From: Catajapyx aquilonaris
Taxonomy: Eukaryota
DNA length: 64,000 nt
NCBI GenBank assembly: GCA_000934665.2
Contig: KZ538380.1
Span: 1-64,000, forward strand
Direction of reading: 5' to 3'
The notes under the pieces were generated by a model. That model was not told where the DNA came from. It saw nothing but the letters and a program-made list of their open reading frames with translations, and searched no databases. This document shows, one piece after another, positions 12,854 to 24,450 of the stretch (positions are counted from its first letter, which is position 1; each line of letters begins with the position of its first letter). The position numbers were made by a program, and so were the translations under genes.

Positions 12854-12980
12854 GGGCCGGTTTCACCGAGCTCAGTATATGATAAAACCAGGGTTCTTTC
12901 TCAAAATCCCTATCTATTTGTATGGGATTTTCCTAAAGAAACCTGGTTTTATCATATACTGAGCTCGGTGAAACCGGCCC
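12854..12980. mobile_element. PIF/Harbinger-type hairpin MITE
   Basis: GGGCCGGTTTCACCGAGCTCAG...CTGAGCTCGGTGAAACCGGCCC with TTA TSD. Confidence 0.85.
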
Positions 12981-13987
12981 TTAGATTAGGAGTTTTGTAC
13001 TACGGGATCCAGTGGGTAGGTTTTATTACAAGCATGAGCTGAATGTATGCTATTAAATTATTCAGCTTTATACTCGTAATTTTTGAACCGGAGTAAATTG
13101 TAAGTCAGTGGCAAGATTTTAGTCTATCCACCGGTTATGATCAACAAACGTGTGCCAATGACAGGCAAGGTTATCTCTGGAAATGGTGACCTAGAACCCA
13201 AGTTTTTTTTATCTGAACACTTGTGCAGCAGATATTATGTGACACAATGCAGTGTTATTATACTGTATGTCATGCTTGTACCTCACAATCAGCATTCATA
13301 TGCAAAGCAAATAGTGAGAATCAGTTTGCAAGGAGGAAACTTGACCATGTTTCCATGGCAAGATGAGGCCAAAGATACATAATTATATGCATTGCTGGAA
13401 AATAAGTATCACTCACAGTGAGTAACCTTCATGCGTGCTTTTTCCTCCGACGCCGTCTCATGAGGCCAAGATGTGGCCAATGTGTATCCCTCGTCTCTCT
13501 CCGGATTATACCTCGCGACACTACTCGTCTTGGTAAGTCTAGAACTGGTACGGAAGTATCCCGCCGTGGGCATCACTCGGCCGCATGTTCCGATCACTCG
13601 ACCTCCCTTCGCCCTGCCCTTCTCATCCGACCTCCCCTGCCTTCCCATGGCCCTTGGCGGGTTCGGCTCGGGTCGGAAACACAAAAAACCTGTCTTGCAT
13701 GTCGTTTGTCGCTATGGTGGCGGTCATCTTTGCAAGTGCTTAGAGCTTCCATTCTTGCCGCTAGAGTGAACCCATGTTCGGCGCTGATTTTTTTAAGAAA
13801 GTCGACTTTGACTTGAAATTTTACGCTTATGGTGCATTTGCTACCAAAACGGAGCGTATATTCAGAATCAGGGAGTCCTGCTTAATTTTTGAAACCCAAC
13901 ATGCAAAATCACCGAACCCTTAATTCCTTTAATGAAAATGAGTGAGTCTCAAATTATGTGTATGTATTCACAATGCACAATCCGGCA

Positions 13988-14336
13988 GGGAGATGAAGTG
14001 GCGCCGCGGTAACGCGCGCGCCCACGGATATTAAGGTCCCGGGTTCAATCCCCACCCGGGGTTCCCACCTTTATCCGTGCAGAGTTGGGCCATCTCTGGC
14101 TTCATTTCGGGTGGCAATTTCCGACAGACTAAGCCACCCGGGGGAGTTCACAAAATGACCAAGCAACGACATTGCACTTGCACTTTGCACATCCCCTCCT
14201 ATTCATTCCCCCTTCGCTCGCGGTACCCGGGCGTTACGGAAAAGGACCACTTGTATAAGCTTGTACATCTTAAGCAAATAAAGGTACCGTGCCAGATGCC
14301 CAATTAGGGCGGTGCACTAACCCGATTATTATTATT
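13988..14336 (+). mobile_element. tRNA-derived SINE, full length
   Basis: A/B boxes (TGGCGCCGCGGT, GGTTCAATCCC), (ATT)n tail, 16-bp TSD AATGCACAATCCGGCA. Confidence 0.9.
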
Positions 14337-15970
14337 AATGCACAATCCGGCAAAATCGGATATTATTTTGTAAATAGGCGTTCATACAACTGACAAAAAT
14401 GCAGAGCAGCTTCACAGCAGTTTCATACGAAATTTGCGATACCGGTACCAATACAGACCGATAATAAGTTGTAACATGCGGATGCGGATGTTATGCCAGG
14501 ATGATTTCAAAATCGTAGCAACTAGCAAGGGCAGGTTGTATGAACGCATATTAAGGAAAACCTCCGATTTTGCATACAGGTAATCACAATACATAGCGAC
14601 ATAATCTGAGACGTTTCCTTAATTAGCTTTCAAACAACTGACTTTATTGTGACGATATGTCGGACTTTTTCTTGGCCCCATTTTTTGTGGGAATTACAGG
14701 TAAAGTGTTTCATATTCAAATATGCTATTATCGTTGTCATTCTTGAGTCATCCATGTATGCCATTTACCACGAAAATATGAAAAGTAAAAAAATAAATAA
14801 TAAAATCGGCCACATACGATATAGGTTGATACGACAGGATTCGTTAAGGTCCTACGGGCACAGACCAAGGGTGAAAAATGACAATGGTCCACGTGATGTA
14901 TTCCGAGAAAATGTCACAATAAGTTGTATACCGCCGTTACATACACATATTATGTCGGCATCTCTAGCTGACGCTTGCAACACGTCACTGAATTCACTCA
15001 TAAGGAAGCACATTGCAAGTGGCTTTAAGCTTCTTAATGATCTCCACTTCAAATTACGAAGGGAGTTTATTATCCATTTAATGTGGAGCTTGGCGTTCTA
15101 TCTTCCAACTGGAAGATTAAAAAACTACGATGTCATCAGAAAGTTTATTTATGGGCGTGTAGCACTGTTGACAGATTTTTCATGATTGATGGAATTAATA
15201 AAAAAGGGGGTTATTTGATGTGGCATTTTGCAACTAGCATCAGACTTACTGCATTGCTTGGATATTGCAAATAGCAAAATTTGATCAGATTAAAGTTGAA
15301 ATCAGTGATTACAGTATTCAGGGGGAAAACCTGCTATAATAACTTCTTTTTTTTTTTGTTATTGTAAAGCTGCGAAAAGTGTGTAATTTTGCCTGGGAAA
15401 TTTCAGAACACAACCTTTAAAGGATTTAAAGTTCGAAGCTTCACCTTGACATTTTCCATGATATACAGGCCCCACTCCAAACTTAGGGCCATAACGTGTA
15501 AAAATGATATTTCACTCTGGGAGAGGGCACTCCATCGCTGCGCTGGTTAAAAAACACAGCTGCATATTTCAAATCCCAGGAAATAATTATGTTACATGGA
15601 CTGGAATGAACTTGCATGTGACACTTTCGTGATTGCATCAATTTTTAAAAAGAACCTATTCAAGGCAACAAGAGTGTAGATAAGCGTTCTAGCATCACAG
15701 TACATTACACTTTGCGGACTTCCCAGTTGGAGAGTATCAATGTTGACCTTTTTTGGTTTTTTATTTGTTTATTGGAATCTAGTGCATATTCAGGTCCAAC
15801 ACTTTTATAAATAATCAATCAGGTTTTGTAACTTTTATAATATTAATTGGAAAACAAAAAATGGCAACTGCCTAACAATTTGCAATTTGAAAATACACAA
15901 CTCTTGCAAAAACTAACAACAGTTAAAAAAGGAGTGCTGAAGGAAACCCTCCTGCACCACATGTATGGGA

Positions 15971-16045
15971 TTACTCCCACAGATCGAGTAGGCTGTGGGT
16001 TCGCTTCCTCGTCCCAGTGGTTCCCTTCTTCACTTGTCTTGCTCT
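15971..16045 (-). CDS. Coiled-coil gene, exon 4 (last coding exon)
   Basis: TTTATTTTAG acceptor, phase 0: RARQVKKGTTGTRKRTHSLLDLWE*; AATAAA on the minus strand ~200 nt downstream. Confidence 0.55.
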   Translation of the reverse strand, partial: RARQVKKGTTGTRKRTHSLLDLWE

Positions 16046-16353
16046 CTAAAATAAAGTGAATGTAGAAACACAATTTCAGAAAGTGAAGGAGGAACTTTCC
16101 CAGTAGATAATCCTCTCTGGCATGCATGAAGGGGGAGCATGTACTGATCTAAAATCAGGTTTGTCTACAAGTCATGAGGTCCCCGAGCAACATCTGACTT
16201 CCCTCATTTCCCTCACCTCGTCCCTACCTCTTATCTACCTGTCCATATGCCAGCCAGAACCCAATTCAACCAGACTCTATAGTTTGCTAGCATTTGTTCA
16301 TACAACTTCTATGAGATTAGCAGGTAAGCAGTTCAGAATTCATCCTACTAATA

Positions 16354-17104
16354 CAGGGTGGGGCAAAAGTCATGGGCAGGTTTAAACGACGCAGCATGGC
16401 GTAAGTAACGAACGATTATATATATTTTAAATTACACTACACAGAGAAAGATATGCCATTTATGGATCAAGGTCCAAAAAAGTCACTTCTTGAAAACAAC
16501 ACCAGATAGATGTCCACCTTTGCGGGCAATGCATATTCCTCCAACGCCGGCTGAAACCCTTCATAACAACGCGCTCCAGCATGTCCAGGGGAATGTTTCT
16601 CACAGCGTGTCTTATCTGATCCTTAAGATCAGCCAATGACTGAGGACATGTGGCGAACACCAAACAAATTAAAAGTCAAGTGTTTCCTGGGAGGGTCATT
16701 TCCTTGGTCATTTCGAGATTTGGGGACATTCCTTGGCCGTCGCGGTCGCCGAATTTGACCACCCCCGACTTCTTATTGTGGGGGTACCTGAAGAGTTTGG
16801 TGTTCGCCACACGTTCTCAGGCATTGGCTGATCTTCAGGATCAGATAAGACACGCCATGAGAAACATTTCCCTGGACATGCTGGAGCGCGTTATGAAGGG
16901 TTTCGTCCGGCGTTTGGAGGAACATGTGTTGCCCGCAAAGGTAGACATCTATCCGGTGTTGTTTTCAAGAAGTGACTTTTTTGGACCTTGATCCATAAAT
17001 GGCATATCTTTCTCTGTGTAGTGTAATTTAAAAAATATATAATCGTTCGTTACTTACACCATGCTGCGTCGTTTAAACATGCCCATGACTTTTGCCCCAC
17101 CCTG
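16354..17104. mobile_element. Tc1/mariner-derived MITE built from two inverted 3' ends
   Basis: TA|CAGGGTGGGGCAAAAGTCATGGGC... ~305-bp inverted arms; each arm encodes transposase C-terminus; centre encodes FGDIPWPSRSPNLTTPDFLLWGYLKS. Confidence 0.9.
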
Positions 17105-17109
17105 TATGA

Positions 17110-17272
17110 GTGAGTGAGTGTGAGAGAGAGAGAGAGAGAGGGAGAGGGAGAGAGTGAGGGGGAGCCAGGCTGTTATCTGAACANTGGGGGAGAGGTGGGG
17201 GGAGTGGGAAAGACAGGGAGAGAGAGGGAGAGAGAGAGGGAGAGAGGGGGGGAGGGAGAGGGAGGGAGACAG
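17110..17272. repeat. GA/GGGA-rich microsatellite
   Basis: Directly visible (GA)n/(GGGAGA)n runs. Confidence 0.9.
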
Positions 17273-17403
17273 AGGTCATTATGTAACCCCAGTGTTAATG
17301 GCAATGTTCCTCCAGCCCTAACAGTGTGCAGAGATTGTTTTATGCTGTGCAAAAAACATAATCTTATGTCAGCTCTCATTTCCTGAGCTACAAAATTAAT
17401 GTA

Positions 17404-17774
17404 CCGTATTTACGCGCATATAAGACGCACCCCGGTTTTGAGGCAAAAAATCGTGGAAAATCGGTTGTTGACGTATAGGTGGCAAGGTCACACCGGAATT
17501 GTGCACGTGTGTGGACGGGGAGAGCATAACAATGGAAGTAAAGGAGAAACGCTGGTCGTACCGTGCCGTTTTCAAGAGGAAAGTGATCAACTGTGCTGAC
17601 AGGACATCAAACCGACAAGCTTAAATTTTTCAATAAACGATTTTCACGATTTCTCACGGGTTTCACCCGTTGTGCCCTGCCATATAAGACACACACGCGT
17701 ATAAGACGCACCCTACTTTTTGAGCTACAAAAAAATCGGAAAAAAAGGTGCGTCTTATATGCGAGTAAATACGG
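17404..17774. mobile_element. pogo/Tigger-like non-autonomous element
   Basis: TA|CCGTATTTACGCGCATATAAGACGCACC...GGTGCGTCTTATATGCGAGTAAATACGG|TA. Confidence 0.85.
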
Positions 17775-17823
17775 TAATAAAACTTGGCAAAATTTTAGTG
17801 GCTAGTCTGGGGCTTGACCACTC

Positions 17824-18389
17824 ACAACCATAGTAACTCTTCTTACCTTCCTGAATGTTGAAATTTTTTGGATTTTCTAATTCTGCTTGCCCTATAGTGT
17901 TGAGAAACATCACCTCCGCTGCTAATAGGGTGAAAATACAGCCAAATGCGATGTTCCGTAGCCACAACACCTGCATCCGATCGCAAGTCACCGGTCCTGG
18001 CTGCCTGGTCGCGATTGCTTTTCACCGCGTCTGTAGCTCTCTCCGGTGCCGCGAAGGAGAAGGGTCATCTCGCATGCTTTGAAGTTGAAGGCGATTATCA
18101 TAATGGAGAGCCAGGACTCCAAGGCTCTCCATTTCCCTTCTCCTTTGCGGCACAGGAGAGCGCTACAGACGTGGTGAAAGGCAACCGCGACCGGACAGCC
18201 GCGACTGGCAACTTGCGACCGGATGCAGGTGTTGTGGCTTTGGAATATCACCTTTTGGCTGTATTTTCACCCTGCTAACGTGGAAATTAGCAGCGGAGGT
18301 GATGTTTTCTCAACACTATAGGCCAAGCAGAATTAGGAAATCCAAAAATTTTCAAAATTCAGGAGGGTAAGAAGAGTTACTTTGGTTGT
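17824..18389. mobile_element. Long palindromic MITE, copy 1
   Basis: ACAACCATAGTAACTCTTCTTACC...GGTAAGAAGAGTTACTTTGGTTGT; long inverted arms; second copy at 44235-44823. Confidence 0.85.
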
Positions 18390-18604
18390 CAGATATTGTT
18401 GGTATGTGTGAGCATGTGATAAAGAAGAGTACCGAAGTTATTAAATTTCCAATATATTAGTCTTAAAACATTACTGCACCATCATCAGCAACTCAATATC
18501 AACTGGATCCTGCAAAACTACTGTGCCACATGTATATTGACAGCCTTATATTTAACTCTAATGGCAATAAATCAGACTCTTTCTGTCTCATTTTAAAAGG
18601 TTAC

Positions 18605-18916
18605 CTTGGCTAGAACATTCTTCTGGGAACTGGGGCTTCCCAAAGGTGACCTTCTTTCAGCTGACAGTAAAGAGACTGCAGGTTGAATTGGCTGCAGATT
18701 AGTTCTTGCCACTTTGGCAGCCTTGCCAGCATTGTCCTCTGCAGTATTGAGGCCCCTGACATCAGGCACAGACTTGTTTGTGGCAGCAGAATTAGATGAA
18801 CTTGCTTCCACAAGTTGTTTCATAGAATTAGTTAAGCCTTCAATTTTAGCATTGTTTTCAGCCAACTTCTCTTTCAGGTCCTTGACCAAGTTCTCCTTTT
18901 TCCCCAACTCCACCCT
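18605..18916 (-). CDS. Coiled-coil gene, exon 3
   Basis: TTGATTGCAG acceptor, AAG|GTAACC donor, 312 nt, phase 0/0; RVELGKKENLVKDLKEKLAENNAKIEGLTNSMKQLVE heptads then S/P-rich tail. Confidence 0.75.
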
Positions 18917-19028
18917 CTGCAATCAAATTACAAACAATTAATAATGCACAGGGACTGACAAAATATTTCACAACAATAGCAGATGTAAATAAAAAATTCC
19001 ATCAAAGATGTACAGAATGATACAAATT

Positions 19029-19811
19029 GAAGACGTTTCTTGCAAAAGGGCCCACGTCCCAAAATTTCGAAAAAAAAAAAACCGTTTTATTGCAGATTCC
19101 TACTTTTGGAGTTGGGCCTCACAGCCCTGGTGAAGATGAAGAGCCAAAGTCAATCAGAAGTGCCTTAAAATTGAGGCGCTCAGAGGAAGAATAGCATATC
19201 CCAACCGGAGTTCATTTTGAGAAAGGTGGCTTTTTGTGTTTTGCTTTACCATGCAGCTCAAGCTATGGACTGATTTTACAAGTGGAATATGTGAGCTTTG
19301 GCATGTCCCAATTCATTTGGTATTTCAGCACATGAGAGGTAGATGGAAGGAGAGTAGGTCGGTTGGGATATGCTGTTCTTCCTCTGAGCACCTCAATTGA
19401 ATGTGATGATTTGGGGTCCATTGCCTACTACTGGACTTGGGCCTTTTGGCAACTGACTGGACGTAAATCATAATCTGATTGATGTTATAATAATTAACAT
19501 AGGATGGAAATAACACTGGTCACACCTTTCTTTGTAGTAGTACTTTATGAATATGATGTGTTCAGATGGACAAGCGTGACTTTATACCACTGAAATTTGC
19601 AACATGAAATGTTGGTGCAGGCAGTCACTTGCCAAAGGGCCCAAGTCCACTGGTTTTCACCTTCAATATACTCTGACCTATTGCTTTCTAGTAGATGATG
19701 TTTCTGCCACTAGGAGTGTATAATGGTGCCTTATTAGCATCATAAACCACGAAACTCTGAATGGAGCAATTTCACCTCGTGGACTTGGGCCCTTTGGCAA
19801 GTGACGTCTTC
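19029..19811. mobile_element. Sola1-like non-autonomous DNA transposon
   Basis: TIR GAAGACGT..CTTGC.AAAGGGCCCA / TGGGCCCTTTGGCAAGTGACGTCTTC, AATT TSD, internal GGACTTGGGCC repeats. Confidence 0.75.
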
Positions 19812-20378
19812 AATTGTGCGAGGAAATATTATACATATGCATACACCTGCAAAAAATTATATCAATCACTTGCTTGGCAATATATGTCATATCAATTCAA
19901 TCTCAGCCTCAGAAACAAGTTAAATTAAATTAGTCAGACTCACAAAGTCACAATCAAGTGCTTCCAACAAAACTGTAGTAACACTCATCAGTTTCATTCT
20001 GATGGTATCATTCCACAGCCATATGACAATGCTGTGCGTGGCTTATTGATGTAGATAGGTAAGTTAGCCATTACAACCCACAGTCTCCTCTGATTGAGAC
20101 TCAAAATCAGTGCATTCCATGCCCACGACGTGGAAGGCAGAACCACACCTTCACAACTGTACTTGTATGCAGTATGTTTGCTATGAAATCATGCAAGCAG
20201 AGTCAAAGTTGGGTGTAGTTGTAGCTTTGATGAGTTTTGTGGAAATGCCACTATAGGGTCTTGCCATCTGGTCAGGCTCAGCATTCCCTGATTCACCACT
20301 GTAAATTTTGTAAATGAACGTAATTTTTCGTATTTAAAAAACATTTAGTTCCAATGTCTCGGACACACAGTACAACAT

Positions 20379-20760
20379 CAAGGTTGCCACAGGCTTCCCA
20401 TTTTTAATTTCCCTGACTTTTCCCTGACTCTTCCCTGACCTTTTATCAAAATTCCCTGACCTTTCGACATACCCATAGCAAACTCAAAAAACCCATTCCA
20501 AAAAAGAACACAGCAAGGGGTGTAAATCAGACGCATTTTTGGCTTTTTTTTGTTTAATGAAACGCATGCCGGCCCGCAATGATAATCACATGTACAAACT
20601 GAGACGGTCCTATCCGCGACCGACGTTAGGTCAGCGATTTTAAACACATTTTCCCTGACCCATTTTCAAATTCCCTGACTTTTCACTGATTTCCCTGACC
20701 ATTTTTTTATTCCCTGACTTTTCAAGAATTTCAAGGATTTCAAGGTCTGTGGCAACCCTG
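20379..20760. mobile_element. hAT-like non-autonomous element
   Basis: CAAGGTTGCCACAG...CTGTGGCAACCCTG termini; many subterminal TTCCCTGAC repeats; TSD not clean. Confidence 0.7.
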
Positions 20761-21283
20761 AACATAACATATTGTGGGCATACAAGTGAAATCCAGAAGT
20801 CCAATTTTAGAAGTGTTGAGTTATTTATACCAATAAGTAGCATTTTTTACTAGCCCTCGTACATCCTTGACTTTTTATCCCAATCTCCTTTTGCACATGT
20901 CAATAATATCTTGCAAAAAAGCAACTATACCAAAAGGAATTATTGTAAAAATTAACAGTTTTTTATTAGGGGATGGCGCTAAGTTTTGGCCTTACAAGGC
21001 GCCAAATTACCGAAGTGTCCTCCTGGTATTGCACACTCATTGGGGTTGCATTACTCTGCACATTTTGAGTATATTACTTTGCTATTGTTAGATTATTCAA
21101 GTGGGTTAACAGAATTGTCTAAATTTTCCATAAGCCCAATAAATACAGCGACTTCTAAGGCAACTGGTGCCCTAATTTTCCTAGTGGGGGTCACTTTTTG
21201 TGCAATTGGAATGGGGACATTTCATTGTGCAACTCATGCTAATTAAATTTAAAATCCTAGATTGCGGCATATTGCTTAATATC

Positions 21284-21535
21284 ACCCCGGGGGTCGCCGA
21301 CCCTGACAGTGGTTTTCTGTGGTGTCCCACGGTCCCACCAGGACAATTCCGGGGTCGTGTCCGTAATTATAGGCCACAGCCGCTTCCTTCCGTCCCTATC
21401 CCATCCCCAATAAGGAAAAAGCAAAAATGCAAGAAAGAGTTCAAGACAGAAAAAAATATGGTGGTATCCCCCCCCCCCCTAAGAGAGCCCATGGCTCTAG
21501 CACGGGGTACAAATTATTATTATATTATTATTATT
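21284..21535 (+). mobile_element. 5'-truncated SINE
   Basis: 15-bp TSD ATATTGCTTAATATC, (ATT)n tail, core GGTTTTCTGTGGT...AGGCCACAGCCGCTTCCTTCC shared with 30501-30921. Confidence 0.85.
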
Positions 21536-21773
21536 ATATTGCTTAATATCTAGCAAGATAACAGGTTTTTGAAATGAAACATCAGCCTCAATTTACACAT
21601 GCAGTACAACATTTATGCCTAATTTGCTTAATATCTATTTATACAGAGAGTGGCAGTGGGTGCCAGCTCCTCTCTGAAGTGTCCACCTGATTACAATTGC
21701 TAGTGATTAAAAATATTCAGGCTAACAGCACTGCAACCAATCAGCAATAAAATGTCAATCAGTTATGACTAAC

Positions 21774-22019
21774 CCATGCATTTTCCTTCTCTGCACAAGC
21801 AGCCCAGATCTTCTCTGCACAAGCAGCCCAGATCTTCTCTGCACAAGCAGCCCAGATCTTCTCTACATCCTCCCTCAACCTTTTTTGTCCTTCCACCATT
21901 GCATCATAGTCGCTTTTTGCCTTGATCAAACCTTCCTCCACAGACTTGGAAACTTCCATGCACTTGTTGAGGATCTTCCTCTGATTCTCTTCCTGTTCCA
22001 TCATAGCTTTCTTCCAACC
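21774..22019 (-). CDS. Coiled-coil gene, exon 2
   Basis: CTTTTCTGCAG acceptor, TGG|GTTAGT donor, 246 nt, phase 0/0; GWKKAMMEQEENQRKILNKC...(EKIWAACA)x3 EKENAW. Confidence 0.75.
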
Positions 22020-22368
22020 CTGCAGAAAAGTAAGTGCAATGAAAAAATGCTACTCAATGAGCAGGAAAATCGACAAATGGCAACAGTTGCAGAATCTGAC
22101 AAGACATATCAATGGTGTTACTGATTACTCAATTTCTACAGTGTCCTTCAATTAAAGTGAAGCTGAGAAGCTTGATAAATTTGAGGAGTTCAATACAGTT
22201 GACTCTAGATGTAAGAGATTTCTAGGGACAGCAGAAATCAAGTATCCTATAACCAAGGTTTCCTCTGTCCAAATCAGCCCCACGGAACTCCCACCCTTTT
22301 TATACGGTGACAGTAGGGGTACTTACAGAGTGTAGGAGTTGCGGGAGGCTGTTCCAAGTGCACAAGAC

Positions 22369-22699
22369 CAGCCCGGGGACATTTCTATCCCAGGCCAATA
22401 GAAAAAGCTGTGCCGTTATCTCTTCCCGCAGAGGCGCTAATATATCTGCAATGGAATCCCTCGGTGGGTCATAAGTTCAGCGCCCCTTCCTGCACAACTA
22501 TCCACTAACCCCTAGCTCTAGGTCACGCTCTAGGTGTTAGTGCATAGTTGTGCCGTAAGGGGCACTGAACTTATGGCCCAGCGAGGGATTCCATTGCAGA
22601 TACATCAGCGCCTCTGCGGGATGGAATAACGGCACAGGGGTTGGAATAACGGCACGCAAGATAGCGGCAAGTGTCCCGACCTATTGTTTTAAGACCGTG
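22369..22699. mobile_element. Palindromic MITE with CA..TG ends (P- or hAT-type)
   Basis: 8-bp TSD CACAAGAC at 22361-22368 and 22700-22707; ~230-bp internal hairpin at 22408-22637. Confidence 0.7.
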
Positions 22700-23105
22700 C
22701 ACAAGACATAATTACATGGAAGCATGGCACTATAACTCTATAAGTTGGCTATAACAAAGGGTTAGTTATATCTCTTACTCAGAGTTGACTGTGTATGCAA
22801 GCAAACAACTAAGTGAACTCTTTGAAACTAGTCACCTACATAGTTATGCAAATACAGGAAGTACATGGTTTAATAACAACCATAATTATAGCAATTCGTC
22901 CTTATAGTCCGGGCCCTATGCGTTTTAACCTTGCACTTTGTGATAAGAAGGTGACACTCGGCACATATGTTCCTTAGGCCTATAGGAGCAATTCCAGAAT
23001 TTCAGGCAATTTCGTACCGGCGCCCGGTTAGCTAATGGAACGAAATTTTTTGCATTGTCAATCGAAAATGGATGAGGATTTTCAGGCCCACAATTTCGCA
23101 CCCAC

Positions 23106-23231
23106 CTGATCTATCCTGGACCTCTCGAGTGTCAGACTCACAGGGCCCCCCGACAGAGTCTGGATTTCACAGGAGTTGCCCGGATTATGACCGATTCGGG
23201 GCATCTCGCCTTGAACCCCACGGTTCTCCAT
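23106..23231 (-). CDS. Coiled-coil gene, alternative first exon 1b
   Basis: ATGG start, 42 codons MENRGVQGEMPRIGHNPGNSCEIQTLSGGPVSLTLERSRIDQ, CAG|GTGGGT phase-0 donor; homologous to exon 1a. Confidence 0.6.
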
Positions 23232-23256
23232 CAGAAACTGATCAGAAACTACTAAG

Positions 23257-23395
23257 AAGATGGCCGCCCCCAATCGAACAGAACACAACCCGGTTGGATG
23301 AACTGCCAATCAGGCGACCGCTTCCTGAACAGATCGCCGATCAAGGTGTCGCCGATGACGTCACTAGGTACGCGTGAAAACCCGCTCCTCATTGG
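23257..23395 (-). promoter_or_regulatory. Promoter module 1b (YY1-like, CCAAT x2, CRE)
   Basis: AAGATGGCCGC, CAACCCGGTTGG, CCAATCAG, TGACGTCA and ATTGG; CpG-rich. Confidence 0.55.
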
Positions 23396-24123
23396 TCCAA
23401 ATACATCTGCGTCACACAACGATATTTGGCAACGTGATATCGATATTACTAACAAAAATATCGATATGGAATGTGCAGACTGCAGCAAATATTATTAACG
23501 CGCGTAGCGCGTATATAATATTTGACCGCAGAGGCTCTGCCTTTTTCAGAGGCCAGGATCATTGCCCTTCCCAGAAGTGTTCCATTCCATGACAATAAAT
23601 ATATCAACATTGCAGAAGTGGAATATGGAATAGGTGGTACAGTACAACAGAGTAATGCGGTGTTATTATTTGGAATGAATGGAATATTTTCGTGACATTT
23701 TTATCACGCACAAACTGAGCAGAGAGAGCTCCACTATTGCATCCTCTGAAAATTTTGGGCCTGGTCAATGGGGTAACAACTGCCCAAAAAAGTGTACACC
23801 AGTTCCTGGAACCAGCTGGTTCCACCCGGTTCAAGGCCGGTTCCACAGGGACCCTGTACTCTGTACACCGGTTTCACGAAGTTGTTACCCTCTTGTGCCT
23901 GGTATGGTTTTGTTCGAGTTTTATTTTTTGTCCGACTGGCTGTTCGATTCGGAGTGTCCAGTTACCTGCGTATCATAAACTGATGCAAAACTTGCACACA
24001 TTTTATCCCACAGCCAATTCATAATTTCCGGTCATTCCGCCGCTCGACCGCTTTGAACATGGAATATAGCCCATTTTTCGAGCAGAAATAATTGATTCGA
24101 AACACCCGTACATTCCAGCTCAC

Positions 24124-24228
24124 CTGGGTTATCTCCCTCATGTCGCTGTCGAGTGTAGGGGACGCGGGGAATTGCGGCAGAGGCTGCATGGGGCTGGATG
24201 CTGACGGATTCGAACGGATTCCCTCCAT
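24124..24228 (-). CDS. Coiled-coil gene, first exon 1a
   Basis: AAGATGG start, 35 codons MEGIRSNPSASSPMQPLPQFPASPTLDSDMREITQ, CAG|GTGAGC phase-0 donor. Confidence 0.7.
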
Positions 24229-24320
24229 CTTTGACCAGCAGCAGCACACAGAAACGATGCTTCCCCTTCAAGCGCTCGCCTGCATCTGACCAGATCTGCC
24301 GGCAGAAAAAAAACTAGTCA

Positions 24321-24450
24321 CAAAATGGCGGCTCAAAATAGAACGCAACCCGGTTGGCTCAACAGCAGCCAATCAGATATTAGCCTGTTGTAGAATATTC
24401 CATGAGGCAATGGAACGCAGCTTCTGATTGGCCGAATGTCGTGACGTCAC
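24321..24450 (-). promoter_or_regulatory. Promoter module 1a (YY1, CCAAT x2, CRE)
   Basis: CAAAATGGCGGC, CAACCCGGTTGG, GCCAATCAG, CTGATTGGC and GTGACGTCAC; no TATA box seen; CpG-rich. Confidence 0.65.

Noticed and set aside
13409..13816. GC-rich segment with three overlapping ORFs and a GTGAGT donor-like site
   Set aside because: No recognisable protein or THAP motif and no convincing partner exon; it may be a TE interior or a non-coding exon.
14649..15185. 178-aa ORF
   Set aside because: No motifs, AT-rich, non-ATG start, no clear splice context.
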